Origin: a plasmid
Direction: 5' to 3' (one strand)
DNA: 64,000 bases
Assembly: GCF_054482525.1 (NCBI RefSeq)
Contig: NZ_JBTHVG010000007.1
The notes beneath the pieces are model-generated. The model was given only the letters and a program-made list of their open reading frames with translations, was not told where the DNA came from and searched no databases. The first letter of the stretch is position 1. Each line of letters opens with the position of its first letter. Of this stretch, positions 9,553-19,095 are shown in pieces. The position numbers and the translations under genes are program-made.

Positions 9553-10372
9553 GGCACTGTTGCAAATAGTCGGTGGTGATAAACTTATCATCCCCTTTTG
9601 CTGATGGAGCTGCACATGAACCCATTCAAAGGCCGGCATTTTCAGCGTGACATCATTCTGTGGGCCGTACGCTGGTACTGCAAATACGGCATCAGTTACC
9701 GTGAGCTGCAGGAGATGCTGGCTGAACGCGGAGTGAATGTCGATCACTCCACGATTTACCGCTGGGTTCAGCGTTATGCGCCTGAAATGGAAAAACGGCT
9801 GCGCTGGTACTGGCGTAACCCTTCCGATCTTTGCCCGTGGCACATGGATGAAACCTACGTGAAGGTCAATGGCCGCTGGGCGTATCTGTACCGGGCCGTC
9901 GACAGCCGGGGCCGCACTGTCGATTTTTATCTCTCCTCCCGTCGTAACAGCAAAGCTGCATACCGGTTTCTGGGTAAAATCCTCAACAACGTGAAGAAGT
10001 GGCAGATCCCACGATTCATCAACACGGATAAAGCGCCCGCCTATGGTCGCGCGCTTGCTCTGCTCAAACGCGAAGGCCGGTGCCCGTCTGACGTTGAACA
10101 CCGACAGATTAAGTACCGGAACAACGTGATTGAATGCGATCATGGCAAACTGAAACGGATAATCAACGCCACGCTGGGATTTAAATCCATGAAGACGGCT
10201 TACGCCACCATCAAAGGTATTGAGGTGATGCGTGCACTACGCAAAGGCCAGGCCTCAGCATTTTATTATGGTGATCCCCTGGGCGAAATGCGCCTGGTAA
10301 GCAGAGTTTTTGAAATGTAAGGCCTTTGAATAAGACAAAAGGCTGCCTCATCGCTAACTTTGCAACAGTGCC
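9553..10372 (+). mobile_element. IS26 copy 2 (820 bp)
   Basis: GGCACTGTTGCAAA inverted repeats; Tnp26 ORF on plus strand; 8 bp to its left (9545-9552) are CAGCAGAC. Confidence 0.95.
9616..10320 (+). CDS. tnpA: IS26 transposase Tnp26 (copy 2)
   Basis: Translation identical to copy 3. Confidence 0.95.
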   Translation: MNPFKGRHFQRDIILWAVRWYCKYGISYRELQEMLAERGVNVDHSTIYRWVQRYAPEMEKRLRWYWRNPSDLCPWHMDETYVKVNGRWAYLYRAVDSRGRTVDFYLSSRRNSKAAYRFLGKILNNVKKWQIPRFINTDKAPAYGRALALLKREGRCPSDVEHRQIKYRNNVIECDHGKLKRIINATLGFKSMKTAYATIKGIEVMRALRKGQASAFYYGDPLGEMRLVSRVFEM

Positions 10373-11381
10373 GGACTTTTCAAGTCTCGGAAGGTTTCTT
10401 CAATCTGCATTCGCTTCGAATAGATATTAACAAGTTGTTTGGGTGTTCGAATTTCAACAGGTAAGTTAGTTGCTAGAACCCATGGCTCCTTTGCCGACGC
10501 TGAGTAGATTTTAGGTGACGGGTGGTGACAATGAGTCCGTGTCGAGCGCTGATTTTTTCGGCCTTTAGAGCGAGATTTATACAATAGAATTTGGCATGAG
10601 ATTGGATTGCTTTTAGTCAGCCTCTTATAGCCTAAAGTCTTTGAGTGACTAGATGACATATCATGTAAGTTGCTGATAGGTTTCCAGTTTTCCGCTCCTA
10701 GGTCTGCATATTGTACTTTTCCTCTTACTCGACTTAACCAGTACCAACCCAGCTTCTCAACGGATTTATACCATGGCACTTTAAAGCCAGCATCACTGAC
10801 AATGAGCGGTGTGGTGTTACTCGGTAGAATGCTCGCAAGGTCGGCTAGAAATTGGTCATGAGCTTTCTTTGAACATTGCTCTGAAAGCGGGAACGCTTTC
10901 TCATAAAGAGTAACAGAACGACCGTGTAGTGCGACTGAAGCTCGCAATACCATAAGTCGTTTTTGCTCACGAATATCAGACCAGTCAACAAGTACAATGG
11001 GCATCGTATTGCCCGAACAGATAAAGCTAGCATGCCAACGGTATACAGCGAGTCGCTCTTTGTGGAGGTGACGATTACCTAACAATCGGTCGATTCGTTT
11101 GATGTTATGTTTTGTTCTCGCTTTGGTTGGCAGGTTACGGCCAAGTTCGGTAAGAGTGAGAGTTTTACAGTCAAGTAATGCGTGGCAAGCCAACGTTAAG
11201 CTGTTGAGTCGTTTTAAGTGTAATTCGGGGCAGAATTGGTAAAGAGAGTCGTGTAAAATATCGAGTTCGCACATCTTGTTGTCTGATTATTGATTTTTCG
11301 CGAAACCATTTGATCATATGACAAGATGTGTATCCACCTTAACTTAATGATTTTTACCAAAATCATTAGGGGATTCATCAG
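10373..11381 (-). mobile_element. Truncated IS10 (outer end plus 5' two-thirds of the transposase gene), cut by IS26
   Basis: Outer end ...CTGATGAATCCCCTAATGATTTTGGTAAAAATCATTAAG (complement at 11343-11381); partial transposase MCELDILHDSLYQFCPELHLKRLNSLTLACHALLDCKTLTLTELGRNLPTKARTKHNIKRIDRLLGNRHLHKERLAVYRWH... (IS4 family, IS10-like) whose frame runs into IS26. Confidence 0.85.
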
Positions 11382-11416
11382 CGTATAGTGTTTTGCAGTT
11401 TAGAGGAGATATCGCG

Positions 11417-12277
11417 ATGCATACGCGGAAGGCAATAACGGAGGCGCTTCAAAAACTCGGAGTCCAAACCGGTGACCTCTTGATGGTGCATGCCTCACTT
11501 AAAGCGATTGGTCCGGTCGAAGGAGGAGCGGAGACGGTCGTTGCCGCGTTACGCTCCGCGGTTGGGCCGACTGGCACTGTGATGGGATACGCGTCGTGGG
11601 ACCGATCACCCTACGAGGAGACTCTGAATGGCGCTCGGCTGGATGACGAAGCCCGCCGTACCTGGCTGCCGTTCGATCCCGCAACAGCCGGGACTTACCG
11701 TGGGTTCGGCCTGCTGAATCAATTTCTGGTTCAAGCCCCCGGCGCGCGGCGCAGCGCGCACCCCGATGCATCGATGGTCGCGGTTGGTCCGCTGGCTGAA
11801 ACGCTGACGGAGCCTCACGAACTCGGTCACGCCTTGGGGGAAGGATCGCCCGTCGAGCGGTTCGTTCGCCTTGGCGGGAAGGCCCTGCTGTTGGGTGCGC
11901 CGCTAAACTCCGTTACCGCATTGCACTACGCCGAGGCGGTTGCCGATATCCCCAACAAACGGTGGGTGACGTATGAGATGCCGATGCTTGGAAGAGACGG
12001 TGAAGTCGCCTGGAAAACGGCATCGGATTACGATTCAAACGGCATTCTCGATTGCTTTGCTATCGAAGGAAAGCCGGATGCGGTTGAAACTATAGCAAAT
12101 GCTTACGTGAAGCTCGGTCGCCATCGAGAAGGTGTCGTGGGCTTTGCTCAGTGCTACCTGTTCGACGCGCAGGACATCGTGACGTTCGGCGTCACCTATC
12201 TTGAGAAGCATTTCGGAACCACTCCGATCGTGCCTCCGCACGAGGCCGTCGAGCGCTCTTGCGAGCCTTCAGGTTAG
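11417..12277 (+). CDS. aac(3)-II: Aminoglycoside N(3)-acetyltransferase AAC(3)-II (gentamicin/tobramycin resistance)
   Basis: 286-aa product MHTRKAITEALQKLGVQTGDLLMVHASLKAIGPVEGGAETVVAALRSAVGPTGTVMGYASWDRSPYEETLNGARLDDEARRTW... Confidence 0.95.
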   Translation: MHTRKAITEALQKLGVQTGDLLMVHASLKAIGPVEGGAETVVAALRSAVGPTGTVMGYASWDRSPYEETLNGARLDDEARRTWLPFDPATAGTYRGFGLLNQFLVQAPGARRSAHPDASMVAVGPLAETLTEPHELGHALGEGSPVERFVRLGGKALLLGAPLNSVTALHYAEAVADIPNKRWVTYEMPMLGRDGEVAWKTASDYDSNGILDCFAIEGKPDAVETIANAYVKLGRHREGVVGFAQCYLFDAQDIVTFGVTYLEKHFGTTPIVPPHEAVERSCEPSG

Positions 12278-12289
12278 AGGCCGTCGACA

Positions 12290-12832
12290 ATGATAATCTG
12301 GATCAACGGACCTTTCGGCGCCGGAAAGACGACGCTCGCTAAGCGGCTGCGCGATCGGCGTTCCAAATCGCTGATCTTTGACCCCGAGGAAATCGGGTTC
12401 GTGGTGAAAGAAACGGTCCCCATGCCAGCGAGCGGAGACTATCAGGATCTCCCCTTGTGGAGGGGACTTACGATCGCGGCGGTCAGGGAGATTCGAAGGA
12501 ATTACTCGCAGGACATCATCATCCCAATGACGCTCGTGCACCCGGACTATCTGACTGAGATACTCGACGGGGTAAGGCGGATCGACGATCAGCTGCTGCA
12601 CATCTTTCTGACGCTCAACGAGGACCTATTGCGTCACCGGATCGCGAACCAGACCATGCATCCTGACCCGAATCGAAATGCGGAGATTCGAGAGTGGCGA
12701 TTAGCGAATGTCGCCCGATGCTTGGCCGCAAGGGAACGGCTTCCATGCACAACCCGTGTTCTCGATAGTGGTGCACACACCAGCGATGAACTCGCAGCGA
12801 TGGTGCTCGACGGAATCGATGGGCGCACCTGA
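12290..12832 (+). CDS. tmrB: TmrB-like ATP-binding protein (tunicamycin resistance family)
   Basis: 180-aa ORF with P-loop MIIWINGPFGAGKTTLAKRL; known aac(3)-II/tmrB pairing. Confidence 0.85.
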   Translation: MIIWINGPFGAGKTTLAKRLRDRRSKSLIFDPEEIGFVVKETVPMPASGDYQDLPLWRGLTIAAVREIRRNYSQDIIIPMTLVHPDYLTEILDGVRRIDDQLLHIFLTLNEDLLRHRIANQTMHPDPNRNAEIREWRLANVARCLAARERLPCTTRVLDSGAHTSDELAAMVLDGIDGRT

Positions 12833-12924
12833 TCGCCTTCGACGCCTGCGCAAAGCGTAGCGCGAGGGTGGCGGGCTCACGACCAAACGCCCAGAGGTCG
12901 ATCATCGCAGGGATGTTTGGCTTT

Positions 12925-12975
12925 GTGGTGCGGACGACGGGACTCGAACCCGTACTCTCACAGAGAAGCAGATTT
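12925..12975 (-). tRNA. tRNA-Leu(UAA) exon 2 (A35 to CCA: anticodon AA, anticodon-stem 3' strand, long variable arm, T-arm, acceptor 3' strand)
   Basis: Minus-strand RNA AAAA-UCUGC-UUCUCUGUGAGAGU-ACGGGUUCGAGUCCCGU-CGUCCGC-A-CCA; stems pair with the exon 1 fragment at 9520-9552. Confidence 0.6.
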
Positions 12976-13189
12976 TCGTACCACCTCGACTTTCGCCGCC
13001 GTCTGATGACGTTCGTGGTCTGGACTGTCCCTTCGCCATTGCCCGAAGGCTTTAGGCGCCGCCCGTCCAGTCTCTACACCTTCCCCCGAAGGGGCTTGGC
13101 TCGGGATTGGCTTAGGGTATTGCCCGTTAGCGTTCCCCGACTTTGAGCGGTTCTACTCCGCGGATTTCCCCGCGGGCACTCCAATTTTA
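12976..13189 (-). ncRNA. Group I (tRNA-Leu-type) intron, about 214 nt, inserted between U34 and A35 of tRNA-Leu(UAA)
   Basis: Follows exon ...CUU; ends with G before exon 2; contains elements recalled from cyanobacterial tRNA-Leu and Azoarcus tRNA-Ile introns (CCCGAGCCAAGCC; GAAGGUGUAGAGACUGGACGGG...CCUAA). Confidence 0.6.
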
Positions 13190-13199
13190 AAGTCTGCTG

Positions 13200-14019
13200 G
13201 GCACTGTTGCAAAGTTAGCGATGAGGCAGCCTTTTGTCTTATTCAAAGGCCTTACATTTCAAAAACTCTGCTTACCAGGCGCATTTCGCCCAGGGGATCA
13301 CCATAATAAAATGCTGAGGCCTGGCCTTTGCGTAGTGCACGCATCACCTCAATACCTTTGATGGTGGCGTAAGCCGTCTTCATGGATTTAAATCCCAGCG
13401 TGGCGTTGATTATCCGTTTCAGTTTGCCATGATCGCATTCAATCACGTTGTTCCGGTACTTAATCTGTCGGTGTTCAACGTCAGACGGGCACCGGCCTTC
13501 GCGTTTGAGCAGAGCAAGCGCGCGACCATAGGCGGGCGCTTTATCCGTGTTGATGAATCGTGGGATCTGCCACTTCTTCACGTTGTTGAGGATTTTACCC
13601 AGAAACCGGTATGCAGCTTTGCTGTTACGACGGGAGGAGAGATAAAAATCGACAGTGCGGCCCCGGCTGTCGACGGCCCGGTACAGATACGCCCAGCGGC
13701 CATTGACCTTCACGTAGGTTTCATCCATGTGCCACGGGCAAAGATCGGAAGGGTTACGCCAGTACCAGCGCAGCCGTTTTTCCATTTCAGGCGCATAACG
13801 CTGAACCCAGCGGTAAATCGTGGAGTGATCGACATTCACTCCGCGTTCAGCCAGCATCTCCTGCAGCTCACGGTAACTGATGCCGTATTTGCAGTACCAG
13901 CGTACGGCCCACAGAATGATGTCACGCTGAAAATGCCGGCCTTTGAATGGGTTCATGTGCAGCTCCATCAGCAAAAGGGGATGATAAGTTTATCACCACC
14001 GACTATTTGCAACAGTGCC
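13200..14019 (-). mobile_element. IS26 copy 3 (820 bp)
   Basis: GGCACTGTTGCAAA inverted repeats; 8 bp to its left (13192-13199) are GTCTGCTG, the reverse complement of CAGCAGAC. Confidence 0.95.
13252..13956 (-). CDS. tnpA: IS26 transposase Tnp26 (copy 3)
   Basis: Translation identical to copy 2. Confidence 0.95.
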   Translation of the reverse strand: MNPFKGRHFQRDIILWAVRWYCKYGISYRELQEMLAERGVNVDHSTIYRWVQRYAPEMEKRLRWYWRNPSDLCPWHMDETYVKVNGRWAYLYRAVDSRGRTVDFYLSSRRNSKAAYRFLGKILNNVKKWQIPRFINTDKAPAYGRALALLKREGRCPSDVEHRQIKYRNNVIECDHGKLKRIINATLGFKSMKTAYATIKGIEVMRALRKGQASAFYYGDPLGEMRLVSRVFEM

Positions 14020-15095
<1,076 letters not shown>

Positions 15096-15251
15096 TGAGA
15101 GCAGAGATAGCGCTGATGTCCGGCGGTGCTTTTGCCGTTACGCACCACCCCGTCAGTAGCTGAACAGGAGGGACAGCTGATAGAAACAGAAGCCACTGGA
15201 GCACCTCAAAAACACCATCATACACTAAATCAGTAAGTTGGCAGCATCACC
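15096..15251 (-). mobile_element. IS1 fragment (left inverted repeat plus first ~33 codons of insA), interrupted by the Tn2/Tn3 IRR
   Basis: Complement of GGTGATGCTGCCAACTTACTGATTTAGTGTATGATGGTGTTTTTGAGGTGCTCCAGTGGCTTCTGTTTCTATCAGCTGTCCCTCC...; ends where the Tn3-family IR begins. Confidence 0.85.
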
Positions 15252-16535
15252 TCCCTGTTTAAAATCATAATTTGGTTGTTCTGTTCTTGAGTTATTAAGT
15301 AGAGTTCTTATCAGTGTTTGCCAAGCATGATTGATAAATTTATTTTCTGATTCTTTAAAATATCGTCTGATTAAAGCACATAAATCTTCGACACTTTTCT
15401 GACGAGCGCTAGCTGCCCAACGGCCCCCTTCGGTTTGCACCATTGAACGTTGTACACTGTCTCCTAACTGAGCGATAAATTTCTGTTCATCGTCAAGTTG
15501 CATGTTTTCATTTATGATTAATTCATACAAAGCAAGAAAAACAGCTTGATAGTAACGAGGACATTCTTGAGATGAAGATGCATTGCCCAGAATGTGTGAT
15601 CTAAAGTTCAAATTATTTGCATCAAATAATTTTTGAATCATCTCATAAACGAAGAGGTAATTATTGACAATTTTATCTGCACCATTTGTCTGAATGTAAT
15701 TCTCTAATTGAGTTCGTGTATGGATTGCATGACTCGTCGAACCTTCACCGTAAAATGTATCGAGCGATGTTGATCCTGATGTTGGCTTATCATCTAAAAA
15801 TATATAGCCCAAGATATTTGCAACTAACTCTTCATCGTCAGAGTCTCTAATGCTAGGCCTACTAATGATATGATTTCTAATATAGAAATGATTGTCTATA
15901 TTTATTCCATAATCGAGTCCATCATTGCAAATTGATATGTTATGTATTTTATTCAGTCCCATTATATCGCTATGTGTAGTATCTCCTCTTATAATTGTCG
16001 ATATTTTCCTTACTAACTCTGAAAAATTACTAACGCACCCCGCACTTCGTAGTTCTTGTTTTGATAAAATTTTACCATTGGAATTTATGCGTCGAAACAC
16101 TTCGTCAATGTGGTCCTCTGTTGAAGAGTATTCAGATATAGCAAATCTATAGCGAGCAATTAATGTAGAACTTTCGCGGGATAGCACTGGCTCTTTTTGT
16201 TGAAGTTTACCACTGTCTTTTAGTTGTTTTGTTAATGCAATGGCATCTAAATTAAAGTATTTACCATTTAATGAAAATCGCTGCTCAATAAAACTCATTA
16301 AAGCTTCTAGTCTTTGCATTCCATCAAGGATTTCTCTTTTGTTGTCAATGGAAACAAACAATAGCAAAGGGATAGGGTATTGCTGAGTCATTGATGAAAT
16401 CAGTGCTGTTTTCTCTTCGAGGGACCATACTAATTTTCTTTGGTATCTTCGATTTATAATTAATTTATCATCCAGATACCACTCGTATAATTCTTCTGCT
16501 GTCTTGGAGTCAATATCTAAGTTTTCATTAGCCAT
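15225..16535 (-). CDS. DUF262 (ParB-like nuclease/NTPase, GmrSD-family N-terminal domain) protein, C-terminus replaced by IS1 sequence
   Basis: 436-aa ORF with DUF262-like motifs (RRYQRKLVWSLEEK...ILDGMQRLEAL); about 33% GC; last 8 codons and stop (GDAANLLI*) are encoded by the IS1 inverted repeat. Confidence 0.5.
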   Translation of the reverse strand: MANENLDIDSKTAEELYEWYLDDKLIINRRYQRKLVWSLEEKTALISSMTQQYPIPLLLFVSIDNKREILDGMQRLEALMSFIEQRFSLNGKYFNLDAIALTKQLKDSGKLQQKEPVLSRESSTLIARYRFAISEYSSTEDHIDEVFRRINSNGKILSKQELRSAGCVSNFSELVRKISTIIRGDTTHSDIMGLNKIHNISICNDGLDYGINIDNHFYIRNHIISRPSIRDSDDEELVANILGYIFLDDKPTSGSTSLDTFYGEGSTSHAIHTRTQLENYIQTNGADKIVNNYLFVYEMIQKLFDANNLNFRSHILGNASSSQECPRYYQAVFLALYELIINENMQLDDEQKFIAQLGDSVQRSMVQTEGGRWAASARQKSVEDLCALIRRYFKESENKFINHAWQTLIRTLLNNSRTEQPNYDFKQGGDAANLLI

Positions 16536-16819
16536 TAGATGTATCTCGAGTATTTAGTTAAGAAACTGATAGGTCAGTATTTGCATCAATGTTCATTGAA
16601 TTTGTATCCGAAGTCAATCTGATGTAGGAACTTCAAAACTGCGCAAAACACGCAAATACGCACAAGAAAGTAGGGCTGCGCTTGGAATTCGGAAAATAAA
16701 CCACATCAAAACTACTTTTTAGCCAAATAACGTTTGGGAATCACCAGAATGGTGGGACAACAGCGGTTTTAGTGCCCTAAATCGTACGTTTTCATCCAGT
16801 TGCCCCTCAAACCCCATGT

Positions 16820-17152
16820 TCAAGTCAGAATAGTGGACAGGCGGCCAAGAACTTCGTTCATGATAGTCTCCGGAACCCGTTCGAGTCGTTTTCCGCCCCG
16901 TGCTTTCATATCAATTGTCCGGGGTTGATCGCAACGTACAACACCTGTGGTACGTATGCCAACACCATCCAACGACACCGCAAAGCCGGCAGTGCGGGCA
17001 AAATTGCCTCCGCTGGTTACGGGCACAACAACAGGCAGGCGGGTCACGCGATTAAAGGCCGCCGGTGTGACAATCAGCACCGGCCGCGTTCCCTGCTGCT
17101 CATGACCTGCGGTAGGATCAAGCGAGACAAGCCAGATTTCCCCTCTTTCCAT
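16820..17152 (-). CDS. pemK: PemK (MazF/Kid-family endoribonuclease toxin)
   Basis: MERGEIWLVSLDPTAGHEQQGTRPVLIVTPAAFNRVTRLPVVVPVTSGGNFARTAGFAVSL... Confidence 0.9.
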   Translation of the reverse strand: MERGEIWLVSLDPTAGHEQQGTRPVLIVTPAAFNRVTRLPVVVPVTSGGNFARTAGFAVSLDGVGIRTTGVVRCDQPRTIDMKARGGKRLERVPETIMNEVLGRLSTILT

Positions 17153-17153
17153 G

Positions 17154-17411
17154 TCAGATTTCCTCCTGACCAGTCGCCGGTGCATCCAGCCATTCTCGTT
17201 CTTCAGCTGATATTTCAGCATTCGGATCACACTGTGCCAGTAGCTCAGCCAGTGAATATTGCGGGCGTCTGTACGGCTCAACAATCAGCCGGCCATTATC
17301 AATGACCATGCCAACTTCATTATCTGTGCCCAGAGACAGCGCATTCAGCAGTGCCGGTGGGACGGTCAGCATAACTGAGCCGCCAACCCTCTTCAGTCGG
17401 GTGGTATGCAT
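17154..17411 (-). CDS. pemI: PemI antitoxin
   Basis: 85-aa ORF MHTTRLKRVGGSVMLTVPPALLNALSLGTDNEVGMVIDNGRLIVEPY... directly upstream of pemK. Confidence 0.85.
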   Translation of the reverse strand: MHTTRLKRVGGSVMLTVPPALLNALSLGTDNEVGMVIDNGRLIVEPYRRPQYSLAELLAQCDPNAEISAEEREWLDAPATGQEEI

Positions 17412-17503
17412 TCTTCACCTCCATAAAAGTTATATTTAAATATAACATCCACTAAAAAAACACACCAGGCTTTAACGCACAATGTTTAATAAAAATATAA
17501 CTT

Positions 17504-18157
17504 TCAACCAAACAGTAAACCCAGCGTGGTTGCTTCCATATGCAGCAATACCGGCAGCAGCAGGCCACCACTTCTGATCCTGGCCACTGATGTAATCAAC
17601 CCCACCAGGAACAGTTCTGCCAGTGTCAGCAGGTTCTGATACTGGCTGTGCGCGGCGACGAACAACAACGACGTTATCAGCGCCCCCAGCCACATCGTCC
17701 AGCAGTACCGTGAACGGAAGACGTTCAGCATAATCCCCCGGAACAGCGTTTCCTCATTCAACGGGGCAAGGATAAAGATGGTCAGCAACGTCAGGATCAC
17801 GTCAGGTATGGACTTATCGGCAAAAAGTTTCGTCATAAATGGCTCAGCAGGCAGAGCCAGCGCCTTACCGAGCAGAAATACACCGACATACACCACGGCC
17901 ATCGCACCGACCAGCCACGGTACGCCAACGTTGCGCAGCTGACCAACGACCGGTAGCGGAGCTATCCAACGGCGGTATACCAGGAAAACACACAGCAGGT
18001 ACATCAGAACAGTACCATGACTGAAGAACAAATAGTTTTTTCCTGATCCATAAAGCAGAACGGCCTGCTCCATGACAAATCTGGCTCCCCAACTAATGCC
18101 CCATGCAGCCAGCATAACCAGCATAAACTGCAGATATTGATTACGTGTTTGAATCAT
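17504..18157 (-). CDS. CPBP-family intramembrane metalloprotease (CAAX protease-like)
   Basis: 217-aa multi-pass membrane ORF with EE..FRG and ..H....N-like motifs (NEETLFRGIMLNVF; FVAAHS). Confidence 0.5.
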   Translation of the reverse strand: MIQTRNQYLQFMLVMLAAWGISWGARFVMEQAVLLYGSGKNYLFFSHGTVLMYLLCVFLVYRRWIAPLPVVGQLRNVGVPWLVGAMAVVYVGVFLLGKALALPAEPFMTKLFADKSIPDVILTLLTIFILAPLNEETLFRGIMLNVFRSRYCWTMWLGALITSLLFVAAHSQYQNLLTLAELFLVGLITSVARIRSGGLLLPVLLHMEATTLGLLFG

Positions 18158-18779
18158 TGCATCGCCTGTAAATTTTTAACTTGTCCTATTTTTGTCATTA
18201 CCACGTATATACACATGTATAACAATTCAGATATCGTTACCAGGATATGCCGCATCAGCGGCATGGAAGGCGGCACTCTGTTGTTTCATATGATACAGGA
18301 GTAAAACCGCCGAAGCCCGGCGTAAGCCGGTACTGATTGATAGATTTCACCTTACCCATCCCCAGCCCTGCCAGACCATACCCGCTTTCAGCCATGAGAG
18401 AGCTTCTGTGCGCGGTCGGAGTGGTCCCGACGAGGGTTTACCCGAAGTCGGGGCGTATCTCCGCGTTAGCGGGCCGTGAGGGCCGCTTACGAGCGTGTAC
18501 TGAGAACTTCCAGCGAGAAGACTGACAGCGATGAAGATGTAGTTACAACATTCATAATTAAAAGCGACTCTGTTCCGGCCCTTTGGGCCGGGGCGGGGCC
18601 GCTTTTCAGTTATGAGGGAGGGGCTTTGTGGTTTCGGTTCTGCGCTGGACCGGGGTTTTTCTGGAGGTTGTTTTTGTGTGTTGTAACTAAAGTGACTCCG
18701 GTAGGGGCCCGCGGCTTGCGGTGGGAGGTGCATATCTGTCTGTCCACAGGACAGGCAGTGAATAGGTTTTCTTTTTAAA

Positions 18780-19095
18780 TGAATGTAATTAAGTAGTTTA
18801 AAGGAGATATAAACAGGTGTTTAAAAGATACATTGCACCCTGTAAGGCTGGCGCCTGGTGCTTTATGACATGAACGGTTGTAACCTTATGGGGAAGTCCA
18901 TTGCAGTTAAATGTGGATAAGCAAAATTCCCCGTCTGTGAGGCGTGTTTTGTATCAAAAACAGGGGGGGCCAGATGCACCAGAAGGTGGATGATGAGGTT
19001 GTTTTTTGTATGAGGTGCTGCTTTTTTGTTCGCTGGCAGGCTTCAGGCGTGCGAATGCCTCCGGTGCGGGCCGGATTATTCAGAAGAGGTCACTT
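18780..19095. other. RepFII origin region (oriR) downstream of repA1, approximate
   Basis: AT-rich stretch with a DnaA-box-like TTATCCACA (complement near 18912) immediately 3' of repA1. Confidence 0.35.

Noticed and set aside
10354-11274. ISEcp1 transposase fragment next to IS26
   Set aside because: The translated sequence and the outer end CTGATGAATCCCC... match IS10 (IS4 family), not ISEcp1
12925-13199. Fragment of a tmRNA (ssrA) gene: T-arm, acceptor and CCA at the 3' end preceded by GC-rich structured RNA
   Set aside because: The 3' end also has an anticodon-stem strand and a long variable arm, and pairs exactly with a tRNA 5' half at 9520-9552. The intervening RNA carries group I intron motifs and sits precisely between anticodon positions 34 and 35, so a split tRNA-Leu(UAA) with an intron explains it better
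18340-18780. Possible structured ncRNA or retron-like element in the GC-rich hairpin-dense region downstream of the CPBP protease gene
   Set aside because: No reverse transcriptase or other partner gene nearby; this position corresponds to the region distal to oriR (repA4 region) of IncFII replicons, so the hairpins are more likely replicon backbone
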